Positions 18,644 to 27,049 of a DNA stretch of 64,000 nt are shown piece by piece. The stretch spans positions 36,431-100,430 of the forward strand of contig VGVH01000002.1 in NCBI GenBank assembly GCA_016874095.1, written 5' to 3'. The stretch's first letter is position 1; each line of letters opens with the position of its first letter. This DNA is from Gammaproteobacteria bacterium (lineage in GTDB: Bacteria > Pseudomonadota > Gammaproteobacteria > Steroidobacterales > GCA-2729495). Both the position numbers and the translations under genes were made by a program. Under the pieces are notes generated by a model that was not told the origin of the DNA, made no database searches, and saw only the letters and a list, made by a program, of their open reading frames with translations.

Positions 18644-19882
18644 TCAGCGGACCAGCCCGTCACGCTCGCGCAGTTCCGGGAACCACCTCGCCCACAACGC
18701 GGCGACGGCCAGCGTGCCGACGCCGCCGATGACGACCGCGGGGACGGTGCCGACGAGGGCCGCGGCGACACCGGACTCGAATTCACCCAGTTCATTCGAA
18801 GCGCCGATGAACACGGAGTTCACCGCCGAGACGCGCCCGCGCATCGCGTCGGGAGTCTCCAGCTGCACCAGCGTCTGACGCACGACGACGCTCACCATGT
18901 CGGCTGCGCCCAGCACGCACAGGAACGCGAGCGACAGCCAGAGGCTGGTCGAAACGCCGAACCCGATCGTGGCAAGGCCGAATACCGCAACACCCTGGAA
19001 CATGCGCACGCCGGCACGCCGCTCGAGCGGCCAGCGCGTGAGCGCCGCCGCGGCTGCCAGCGCGCCGACTGACGGCGCGCTGCGCAGGAGCCCGAGACCC
19101 TCCGGGCCGACGTCGAGTATGTCGCGCGCGTAGACGGGCATCAGCGCAGTCGCGCCACCCAGCAGCACGGCGAAGAGATCCAGCGAGATCGCGCCGAAGA
19201 TCACGCGGTTCGAGCGCACGAAGCGCAGCCCTGCCAGCAGCCCCTCCTCGTGCGGCTGCCGCGCCGCGCGGCCGGCGCGGGGACGCACCGCCAGGAACAG
19301 GCAGGCCGTGACCACGAATGCGCCAGCCACCGTGGCGAAGACACCCGTGCCGGCAAAGGCGTAGAGCAGCCCGCCTGCCGCGGGTCCGGCGATCGTCGCT
19401 ATCTGCCAGGTGATCGAGCCGAGACTCACGGCACGGGCGAGCTCGCCGGCCGGCACGAGATTCGGCAGCAGCGCCTGGCCGGCAGGGTTCGCGAACGCCC
19501 GCGTCGCGCCGAAGGCGAGGACGAGCGCGTACACGACGCTGATCGGCGTGCCGGGATCGCGTGCTGCGAACCAGAACCCGCCGGCAGTCACAGCCGTCAG
19601 CAGGTAGGAGATCACCATGACGACACGCCGGTCGTAGCGGTCGGCGACGTGGCCGGTGACGAGCGCGAGCAGCACCGCAGGCAGGAACGTGAGGAGCCCC
19701 ACGATACCGAGCGCCAGCGGATCGCGTGTCAGGTCATAGACCAGCCAGCCGATCGCAACGTTCTGGGCCTGAATGGCAGTGGCCGACAGGAAGCGGGCCG
19801 CGAGAAACCAGGCGAGCGCGGGATAGTGCTCGACTATACTTCTGAAGGAGAGCTGGGGCGTTTCCGGGGGCTGCAAGACCAT
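18644..19882 (-). CDS. MFS transporter (DHA3/EntS-like)
   Basis: GHVADRYDRR, QLETPDAMRGRVSAVNSVFIGASNELGEFESG motifs; likely start ATG 19882. Confidence 0.9.
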   Translation of the reverse strand: MVLQPPETPQLSFRSIVEHYPALAWFLAARFLSATAIQAQNVAIGWLVYDLTRDPLALGIVGLLTFLPAVLLALVTGHVADRYDRRVVMVISYLLTAVTAGGFWFAARDPGTPISVVYALVLAFGATRAFANPAGQALLPNLVPAGELARAVSLGSITWQIATIAGPAAGGLLYAFAGTGVFATVAGAFVVTACLFLAVRPRAGRAARQPHEEGLLAGLRFVRSNRVIFGAISLDLFAVLLGGATALMPVYARDILDVGPEGLGLLRSAPSVGALAAAAALTRWPLERRAGVRMFQGVAVFGLATIGFGVSTSLWLSLAFLCVLGAADMVSVVVRQTLVQLETPDAMRGRVSAVNSVFIGASNELGEFESGVAAALVGTVPAVVIGGVGTLAVAALWARWFPELRERDGLVR

Positions 19883-21374
19883 GCTGCGTCGTTCGTTCGT
19901 CCAATCAGGCTCCGCATTGGCGGCAGGTGCCCTGCTCCTCCCCTTCGGGCGGCTGGCCGCGGCGGCTGCAAGCGCCGCGCGCGACATCGAAGCGCGAACG
20001 CTCGACGGCGGCGAAGTCATTCTGCCGCAAAAGGCGGTCAATGACTTCATCGGCGGGCTGCGCGGCGGGGCATTGCTGCCAGGGCAGGAAGGTTACGAAG
20101 AAGTGCGGCGCGTGTGGAACGGCATGGTGGATCGCCGGCCCGCGATCATCGCGCGCTGCGCCGGCGCCGCCGACGTAAAGGGCTCCGTGGACTTCGCGAG
20201 GGAGCATCGCCTGCTGGTCGCAGTACGCGGTGGCGGCCACAGCATCTCGGGCCAGTCCGTCTGCGATGGCGGGCTGATGATCGACCTGGCGCCGATGCGC
20301 TGGATACATGTCGATCCGAAGACCAGGCACGCGACGCTGGGACCGGGTTCGCTGCTCGCAGACCTCGATCGCGAATCGCTGGCCTTCGGGCTGGTCACCA
20401 CGGCCGGGACCGTGTCACACACCGGCGTCGGCGGGCTGACGCTGGGCGGCGGCCAGGGCCGCCTGCAACGCATCCACGGACTCGCCTGCGACAACCTGGT
20501 CTCGGCCGAGATGATCACGGCCAGCGGCGAGCTGGTTCGCGCGAGCGAGCGGGAGAATCGCGAACTTTTCTGGGGCCTGCGCGGCGGAGGCGGCAACTTC
20601 GGCATCGTCACGAAGTTCGAGTACCGGCTGCACCCGTTCGACGGCACCGTGCTCGGTGGCGAGCTGCTCTATCGTTGGGAACAGGCGCGCGAGGTCTGCG
20701 ACTTCTACGCCGAATTCAGCCAGACCATGCCCGATCCGCTGCATCTGACGATCGGGATGGTCTCGCCGACCGGAGGCAAGCCGATGGTCGTCATGCAGGC
20801 CTGCTGGGCCGGCGACATGGCGCGCGGCGAACGCGCGCTCGCGCCGGTGCGCCAGTTCACCAAGCCGCTCGCCGACCGCATCGCGCCGATGCCCTACCTG
20901 AAGCTACAGACCTCCAATGACGTGGCCAACTCGGCGGGTCGGAACTACTACGCCAAGTCAGGCTTCCTGCAGCGGCTCGAACCCGCATTCCTCGACGAGC
21001 TGATCGGTGGCTACGAAACGTCGAGTGGGCGCGCGACCGTTGCGGTGATCCAGCGGTTCGGCGGCGCCATGGCGCGGCTGCCGGAGGACGCCACCGCGTA
21101 TCCTGGCCGCCATGCCGCCTACGAGGCGCTGGTCCTCGGCGGCTGGAACGACGCGACACGCAACGAAGCGGAAGTCGCGAACCTGCGCGGCCGGTGGGCG
21201 CATCTCGCGCCACACACCAGCGGTTTCTACACCAACACCTCGGGCGCCGAGGAACAGGATCGCGTGCGTGACAACTTCGGCCGACTCTACACCCGGCTGC
21301 AGCGGCTCAAGGACCGCTACGATCCCGGGAATGTGTTCCGGTTGAACGCCAACGTGAAGCCTTCCGCTGCCTGA
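19881..21374 (+). CDS. Tat-exported FAD-linked oxidase (BBE/6-HDNO family)
   Basis: MLRRSF Tat signal, VRGGGHS covalent-FAD His, GLRGGGGNFGIVT, C-terminal BBE motif KDRYDPGNVF. Confidence 0.93.
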   Translation: MLRRSFVQSGSALAAGALLLPFGRLAAAAASAARDIEARTLDGGEVILPQKAVNDFIGGLRGGALLPGQEGYEEVRRVWNGMVDRRPAIIARCAGAADVKGSVDFAREHRLLVAVRGGGHSISGQSVCDGGLMIDLAPMRWIHVDPKTRHATLGPGSLLADLDRESLAFGLVTTAGTVSHTGVGGLTLGGGQGRLQRIHGLACDNLVSAEMITASGELVRASERENRELFWGLRGGGGNFGIVTKFEYRLHPFDGTVLGGELLYRWEQAREVCDFYAEFSQTMPDPLHLTIGMVSPTGGKPMVVMQACWAGDMARGERALAPVRQFTKPLADRIAPMPYLKLQTSNDVANSAGRNYYAKSGFLQRLEPAFLDELIGGYETSSGRATVAVIQRFGGAMARLPEDATAYPGRHAAYEALVLGGWNDATRNEAEVANLRGRWAHLAPHTSGFYTNTSGAEEQDRVRDNFGRLYTRLQRLKDRYDPGNVFRLNANVKPSAA

Positions 21375-21421
21375 TCCCGCGCTGTCCGCCCGCGCGCGCC
21401 GACTCGCCACGCGACTGGGCC

Positions 21422-21650
21422 GTGGAAAAGCCGGAGCAGCCGCGGCTCGTCGACCGGTTTGTCGCTGCAGGCGCGCTGACCGACGCCAGCGACGTCGTGA
21501 TTGCCAGCACGAACGCGAGTCTCTTCGCCTACGTCGGCGACGGCACGGGCGGACTCAAGGTGCTGCAACTCACCTCGCCGGCCAGCCAGCCGAACTTCTA
21601 CGGCTTCAGTCCGGCGCCCCGACCGGAGCTCATCGCGAGCCGGCCGGCGC
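21422..21650 (+). pseudogene. C-terminal remnant of a large LVIVD-repeat protein
   Basis: DVVIASTNASLFAYVGDGTGGLKVLQLTSPASQPNFYGFSPAPRPELIA resembles (from memory) the C-terminus of large LVIVD proteins of multiheme cytochrome clusters; N-terminus missing, drifts into nonsense. Confidence 0.6.
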
Positions 21651-21779
21651 GGCTCCCGGCCGTGCTCCCTCGAGGACCTGCAGTAGGCCCCCCCACCGCC
21701 ACGCGCACGGGGTTACAAACTGTTACCCGGGAGCCCCGCGCCGCTCCTACCATGGGCGCCTGAATAACAGGAGCCCCCC

Positions 21780-22613
21780 ATGAAGAAAGAAGCGAAGATC
21801 CGCCCGTTCTGGTATTCCGACGTCTGGCTGTTCCCGAAGCTGATCACGGTCATTACCAGCCTGGATGAGCAGGGCCGCATCAATGCCGCGCCCTACTCCC
21901 ACATCATGCAATACGACGTGATGACGAAGAACCCGCGGATGATCATCGGCTTCCGCCAGGACTCGCACACCTTCCAGAACATCTGCGCGACGAAGGAGTT
22001 CGTCGTCAACTGCCCGTCCGCGGATCATCTCGACGACATGATGGAGACCGCGCGCTTCTACCCGGAGGGCGTCAACGAACTCGAGCACACGCACTTCACG
22101 ATGATTCCGTCGTTGCACGTGAAACCGCCGAGCATCAAGGAGTGCCCGCAGATCGCAGAGTGCGTGGCGGAAGAAATCGTGAAACTCGAGAAATCGAGCG
22201 GCATCGTCATCGCGAAGATCAAGGCCCTGGTTTTCGACGAAGAGTTGATCGACATGGGGCGCGAGGAGCGCATCCGCAGGATGAACCTGCCGATCGGCCT
22301 CGGCGACGAGGACCGTCAGGACTATTTCCACACGACGCTCGGGCACCTCACGATGCACAAGCTGGGCGAAGCTCCCGACGCGATCAGGGGCAGCCAGGTG
22401 CAGCTCGGCATGCCCTGGGACGCCGACGCGCTGCAGGCGCTGATGACCATCCCGCCGATGGTGCGCAAGATGGTCACGGAGCAGACCGAGGGCTGGTGCA
22501 GCAGCAAGGGCCACGCCAGCGTCTCGCTCGCGCAGTTCAACGCCTACGCCGCAGAGCAGGGCATGACGCCCGAGTTCATGGAGCGGTTCCGGAGAAAGAA
22601 GCAGTCGGCCTGA
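21780..22613 (+). CDS. Flavin reductase family protein (DIM6/NTAB) with C-terminal PCP_red-like domain
   Basis: INAAPYS, DSHTFQNICATKEFVVN, VKPPSIKEC; tail MPWDADALQALMTIPPMVRKMV..TE; AGGAG RBS. Confidence 0.85.
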   Translation: MKKEAKIRPFWYSDVWLFPKLITVITSLDEQGRINAAPYSHIMQYDVMTKNPRMIIGFRQDSHTFQNICATKEFVVNCPSADHLDDMMETARFYPEGVNELEHTHFTMIPSLHVKPPSIKECPQIAECVAEEIVKLEKSSGIVIAKIKALVFDEELIDMGREERIRRMNLPIGLGDEDRQDYFHTTLGHLTMHKLGEAPDAIRGSQVQLGMPWDADALQALMTIPPMVRKMVTEQTEGWCSSKGHASVSLAQFNAYAAEQGMTPEFMERFRRKKQSA

Positions 22614-22706
22614 GCCGGCAGCGGCGGACACAAGACCTGGATCCGCTGCCCGGCTGGCGCTTCGGGTAACAGGCATCGCGCTGGTAGACTTCGCGCTTCA
22701 CGGGTT

Positions 22707-24004
22707 GTGGAGCGCAGACCGGTGCAGGCTCGGGCGATCGCGCAACTGGCGATTGTGTTCGTCGCCGCAGCCCTGCTGCCGGCAACAGCACAGACCACGG
22801 ATTTGCATCTCGGCGTCGCGACCTGCGCCTCCACCACCTGCCACGGCGCTGCGAAACCGGCCAGCGCCGGCAACATCCTCGGCAACGAGTACGTCACCTG
22901 GTCACGACATGACCCGCACGCAGGCGGCTGGGCCACACTGAAGAGCGAGCGCTCGCGCGCCATGGCGCGGCGCCTCGGCATCGGGGCGGCGTAGACTTCC
23001 GGGCTCTGTCTCGACTGCCACACCACAACCTCGGCGCGGACGAGCGCGGCCCGCGCTTCCAGGTCGACGACGGGATCGGCTGCGAGGCCTGCCACGGCGG
23101 GGCGGAGAACTGGATCGCCACGCACGACGACGGCCGTGCCGACACCCGCAGGGCAAGCCTGGCGGCCGGCATGACGGATCTCGTCGATCCGGCCACCCGC
23201 GCAGGCGTCTGTGTTGCCTGCCACGTGGGTGGCGAGTCAGCAGCGGACCACCGGCTGATGGCAGCCGGTCATCCCCGCCTCGGCTTCGAACTGCACACCT
23301 TCAGCGAACTGTGGCGCACCAGCGGCGGCCACGCGCATTACCGCGCCGATGCGGACCATGCCCGGCGCAAGGGCACGGTGCCGCCGACGACGGACTGGGT
23401 GCAAGGTCTCGTCGTCAACCCCCGCGCACAGTCAATGCTCATCGCCGAGCGCTACGGCGCCGGCGGCGCGCTGCCCGACTTCTCGCTCTTCAACTGTTAC
23501 TCCTGCCACCGCGCCATGCGCCTCAAGGACTGGCGGGAAAAGCCGGTTACTGGCGGCGATCCGGGCGCGTTGCGGTTCGAGGACAATGCGGCGCGCATGC
23601 TGCTGGCGGCGCTGGCAGCCCGGCCAGCGCTGCGCGACGGCCTGGAACGAGACCTGCGACGGCTGCAGTCGGCGAGCGGCGACTCGCCGGCCGCCGTGCG
23701 CGAAGCCGCTGCAGCGGCCGTCCGCAACCTGGACGGAATCGGGACAGCCCTGGCCGAGACTCCGCTCTCCGCAGAAGAATCGGCGCAATCCCTCGCCGCC
23801 CTGGTACGCGCGGCCGGCGACGGCCGCTTTCCGGATTATGCCGGCGCCGAGCAGGCGGCCATGAGCATCGCGCTGCTCGCAGCGGCAACCGGCACAGCAG
23901 CCGACCATCGCACGGCAATCGACGACCTGTTCGAGGCCCTGGCCGACGACGAGCGCCATGACCCGGCACGCTTCGCGGCGCTGCCGAAGGCCATCGGCCG
24001 CTGA
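22707..24004 (+). pseudogene. Pentaheme c-type cytochrome (c554-like), disrupted
   Basis: Heme motifs CASTTCH, CLDCH, CEACH, CVACH, CYSCH; in-frame TAG at 22992-22994 and a 1-nt deletion frameshift near 23025. Confidence 0.8.
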
Positions 24005-24035
24005 AAAGAAAAAGCCCCGGCATGACCGGGGCTTT
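24005..24035 (-). terminator. Rho-independent terminator of the cold-shock gene (possibly bidirectional)
   Basis: AAAGCCCCGG-catga-CCGGGGCTTT hairpin (24011-24035) followed by a T-tract on the minus strand. Confidence 0.85.
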
Positions 24036-24070
24036 CTGCTCCTCTGCTTCGCTGTCGCGAAGCGCGGCCG

Positions 24071-24274
24071 TCAAGCGGCCTTGAGCTTGGAAGCGGCGGG
24101 CTTGCCGCGCTCCGTCACGACTTCAAAGGAAATCGACTGGCCTTCGTTCAGCGTTGCCATGCCGGCGGCCTGGACCGCGCTGATGTGCACGAAGACGTCC
24201 TTGGAGCCGTCTGACGGCTGGATGAACCCGAAGCCCTTCTGGGCGTTGAACCACTTCACTGTACCGGTAGCCAC
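24071..24274 (-). CDS. cspA: Cold-shock protein
   Basis: GTVKWFN, KGFGFI (RNP1), VFVHISA (RNP2); GTG start, GGAG RBS, long 5' leader. Confidence 0.95.
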   Translation of the reverse strand: MATGTVKWFNAQKGFGFIQPSDGSKDVFVHISAVQAAGMATLNEGQSISFEVVTERGKPAASKLKAA

Positions 24275-24547
24275 TTGATAAAAACTCCAATTGGGTAATG
24301 AAAGTCACTCGCGTGCGGGCTTGTGCGGCACCGCGCGCACAAAAACACCTTCGGAATCGAGACTCGGGACGCTACCCGGGACCGGGTTGCGCGACCAGCT
24401 TCGGGCCGGATCGGCGATTTGCGGTGGCCACGCTACCCGGTTCGGCAAGCGGGGTCAAACCCGCGGACCGGATTTGCCCGAGGGACAACGGCGGCATGGT
24501 TCATAACAGTAGACTGTCGGGCGCCACCAACCGGGAGGACGTGAACT

Positions 24548-25243
24548 GTGTCGAGTGGAAAAAATCCTGCAGCCGTTGCCATCATGCTCACCGCCTGGGC
24601 GGCGCAGTCAGCCGCGGCGCTGCCCGAGCCCACCTCCCCGGCGTTCTGCGTGTCCGCGCAGAAGATTCTGGCCAGCACCACACTGGAGGGCCGGAACACG
24701 CTCTTCACCGACATGCCGGAGTACCGGCATTCCAAGCCCCTCGTGAATCCGTTGCGGATCTACCAGGTCGTGACCTATCGCGGCCAATTGCCGGTCGTCG
24801 TGTCCTGCAAGGTGAAGACTTCGGCCCACCTGCGCGCAGCCTACGGTGAGAAGACCGCCGGCGAGCAACGCTGGTGCCATGACATGACGGGGATGGCGCG
24901 CGATGAGGCCTCCGCCGAGCTGCGGGCGGAAGGTCTGGCCGACGCAGCGGCACTCGCTGCGTCCTTCGTCGTGGACCGCAACGAGCCCTACACCACCGGC
25001 CGCAGCTATCTGCAGGACTTCCAGCCGAGCTACAGCGGCGCGGACGGCCGGGTGCACCTGGCCTCGCCCGGACTTTGGCAGGACTACGACAGCTGGATCA
25101 CGCTGATCCTGCCCGAGATCGTACAGGGGCAGAGCTACTGCCACCTGCCGACGGTCGATTACATCAAGTCGCTGGCGACCGGGGCGATTAAGCCTGGCAC
25201 GACGGTGACGACAGCCGATGACGCGCCGGTCACGCCGCGCTGA
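24548..25243 (+). CDS. Hypothetical secreted protein
   Basis: GGAGG RBS, signal peptide, four spaced Cys, coherent codon usage. Confidence 0.7.
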   Translation: MSSGKNPAAVAIMLTAWAAQSAAALPEPTSPAFCVSAQKILASTTLEGRNTLFTDMPEYRHSKPLVNPLRIYQVVTYRGQLPVVVSCKVKTSAHLRAAYGEKTAGEQRWCHDMTGMARDEASAELRAEGLADAAALAASFVVDRNEPYTTGRSYLQDFQPSYSGADGRVHLASPGLWQDYDSWITLILPEIVQGQSYCHLPTVDYIKSLATGAIKPGTTVTTADDAPVTPR

Positions 25244-25257
25244 GGCGGCGTGCAGGA

Positions 25258-25851
25258 TCAGACGGCAGGAGTCGCGGCCCGACGGCGACGGTGCAGCAAG
25301 AAGAAACCGCCGAGGCCCGTCGCGACCAGCAGCAACAAGGCCGGCTCGGCAACCGGGCGGACCCGACCGTAGAGGGTCAGGTGGGAAATATTCTTGAACT
25401 CGCCGTCGTAGGCCCAGTTGAAGATACCGTACTGGTCGCGCGGCAGCCGGTACGCCGCCCACTTGATCCTGTGGTTCGCGGAGGAGCCACCGTCATTCAG
25501 CACGACCACCAGGTCCCTGAAGGTGTCCCAGATCCCGACCGAGAGCGTGAAAGTGCCCGAGTAGCCGGCCCCCCCCTTGCGACCGACTTCGTGGCTGATC
25601 AGCCAGTAGGCAAGGCCCCCATCATGATCGTCGCTCGTGCGGGACAGTTCCTGCCAGTCGTTGAAGCCGGAGCCGGCGCCGCCGTTCAGGTCGCCCACGC
25701 TGTCCTTTGCATCGCCCAGCGCGCCGTCGCGGCAAGCCCTCGACTGCAGCACGCCGCCAACCGTCCCGTAGGAACCGCAGGGTATAGCCCAGGCCGGTGC
25801 GGCAGCCAATAGCGCCATGGCGGTCATCGTCGTCAGGACGCGGGAAGACAT
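25258..25851 (-). CDS. PEP-CTERM-type sorting-signal protein
   Basis: N-terminal signal peptide; C-terminal VAEP-ALLLLVATGLGGFFLL-HRRRR (motif, TM helix, basic cluster). Confidence 0.8.
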   Translation of the reverse strand: MSSRVLTTMTAMALLAAAPAWAIPCGSYGTVGGVLQSRACRDGALGDAKDSVGDLNGGAGSGFNDWQELSRTSDDHDGGLAYWLISHEVGRKGGAGYSGTFTLSVGIWDTFRDLVVVLNDGGSSANHRIKWAAYRLPRDQYGIFNWAYDGEFKNISHLTLYGRVRPVAEPALLLLVATGLGGFFLLHRRRRAATPAV

Positions 25852-25883
25852 CGCGGCATCTCCTTAGGTCGTCGCGCGGCCCC

Positions 25884-25901
25884 GTGTGAACTCCGTCACA
25901 C
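25884..25901. promoter_or_regulatory. CRP/Vfr-type binding site
   Basis: GTGTGA-actccg-TCACAC, perfect TGTGA-N6-TCACA core, 33 nt upstream of the PEP-CTERM start. Confidence 0.6.
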
Positions 25902-26141
25902 CCGGTGCGCTACAAGGCACCGCAGACCGCGCTTGCAGTTCTTCTGGAGATGCAGGCTACTGAATACCGCTCACTGCAGCGCGGGCGGTTTGACAGAAGC
26001 GGCACAGTCGGCAGCAAACTGCGGCATGCGACACGCTTTATTGTCTCGCGGTTATACGACACATCCGGTCGCTGCAGCGCGTTTGCGCAAAGCCGCAAGC
26101 GAGGGCGGATCCGGTATCATGCAGATCGTTAAATCCCGGCG

Positions 26142-27038
26142 ATGAAGGGCGGCCACCTGCCGATGGACGAAGCCCGTATCACCGCGCTCCACGTGTACCC
26201 GGTGAAGTCCTGCCGCGGCATTGCGCTCGACTCCGCGATCATCGGCGAAGCAGGTATCACGGGCGATCGCCGCTGGATGATCGCGACGCCGGAAGGCCGC
26301 TTCGTCACGCAGCGAGAACTGCCGGCACTCGCCATGATCGCGACCGAACAGCTGCCCGAAGGTCTGCGACTGACCGCGCCGGACGGCTCCTGCCTGACCG
26401 TCAGCTACCTGATCGACGGCGAGCGCCGCCGCGTGCGCGTCTGGAACGACGACTGCCTGGCCTTCGACGCCGGCGAGTCCGCATCCGCCTGGCTCCACGC
26501 GAAGCTCGGCCAGCCGCTGCGCCTCTGCCAGTTCGACCCGAGCACGACACGGCCCAGCGATCCGATATGGGCGGACGGCATCCGTTCACTGAATGAATTC
26601 TCCGACGGCTTTCCGATTCTCGTCGCCTGCGAGGCGTCGCTGGCCGACTTGAACGCCCGCCTGCTCGTGCCGATCCCGATGAACCGCTTCCGTCCGAACC
26701 TCGTGCTCGGCGGCATCGCGGCTTGGGACGAGGACCGCCTGCACGAGATCGCCATCGGCGCACTGCGTATCCGCATCCTGAAACCCTGCACGCGCTGCCG
26801 CACGACGACGATCGACCAGTCGACTGGCGAACCGCAGGGCACCGAGCCGCTCGCAACGCTGAAGGCAAGTCGCTGGAGCGACGAACTGAAAGGCGTCCTG
26901 TTCGGCCAGAACGCGGCGGTCGGCGCCGGCGCCGGCACGCGCATTGCGGTCGGCGACCGCGTCAGCCTGTCGTGGCGCACCCGGACGGACTCGAACCGCC
27001 GACCCCCTGGTTCGAAGCCAGGTGCTCTATCCAACTGA
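26142..27038 (+). CDS. MOSC domain protein (YcbX/mARC-like)
   Basis: LHVYPVKSCRG, GDRRWM, FSDGFPIL, NRFRPNLV, PCTRCRTTTIDQ; last 22 codons antisense to a tRNA; start may be ATG 26163. Confidence 0.92.
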   Translation: MKGGHLPMDEARITALHVYPVKSCRGIALDSAIIGEAGITGDRRWMIATPEGRFVTQRELPALAMIATEQLPEGLRLTAPDGSCLTVSYLIDGERRRVRVWNDDCLAFDAGESASAWLHAKLGQPLRLCQFDPSTTRPSDPIWADGIRSLNEFSDGFPILVACEASLADLNARLLVPIPMNRFRPNLVLGGIAAWDEDRLHEIAIGALRIRILKPCTRCRTTTIDQSTGEPQGTEPLATLKASRWSDELKGVLFGQNAAVGAGAGTRIAVGDRVSLSWRTRTDSNRRPPGSKPGALSN

Positions 27039-27049
27039 GCTACGGGTGC
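26973..27049 (-). tRNA. tRNA-Arg, anticodon TCG
   Basis: GCACCCG TA GCTC AGTTGGATA GAGC A CCTGG CT-TCG-AA CCAGG GGGTC GGCGG TTCGAGT CCGTC CGGGTGC G CCA; full cloverleaf, encoded CCA. Confidence 0.95.

Noticed and set aside
22992-22994. In-frame TAG as pyrrolysine or read-through
   Set aside because: A frameshift follows within 35 bp, and no pyl genes are in the window
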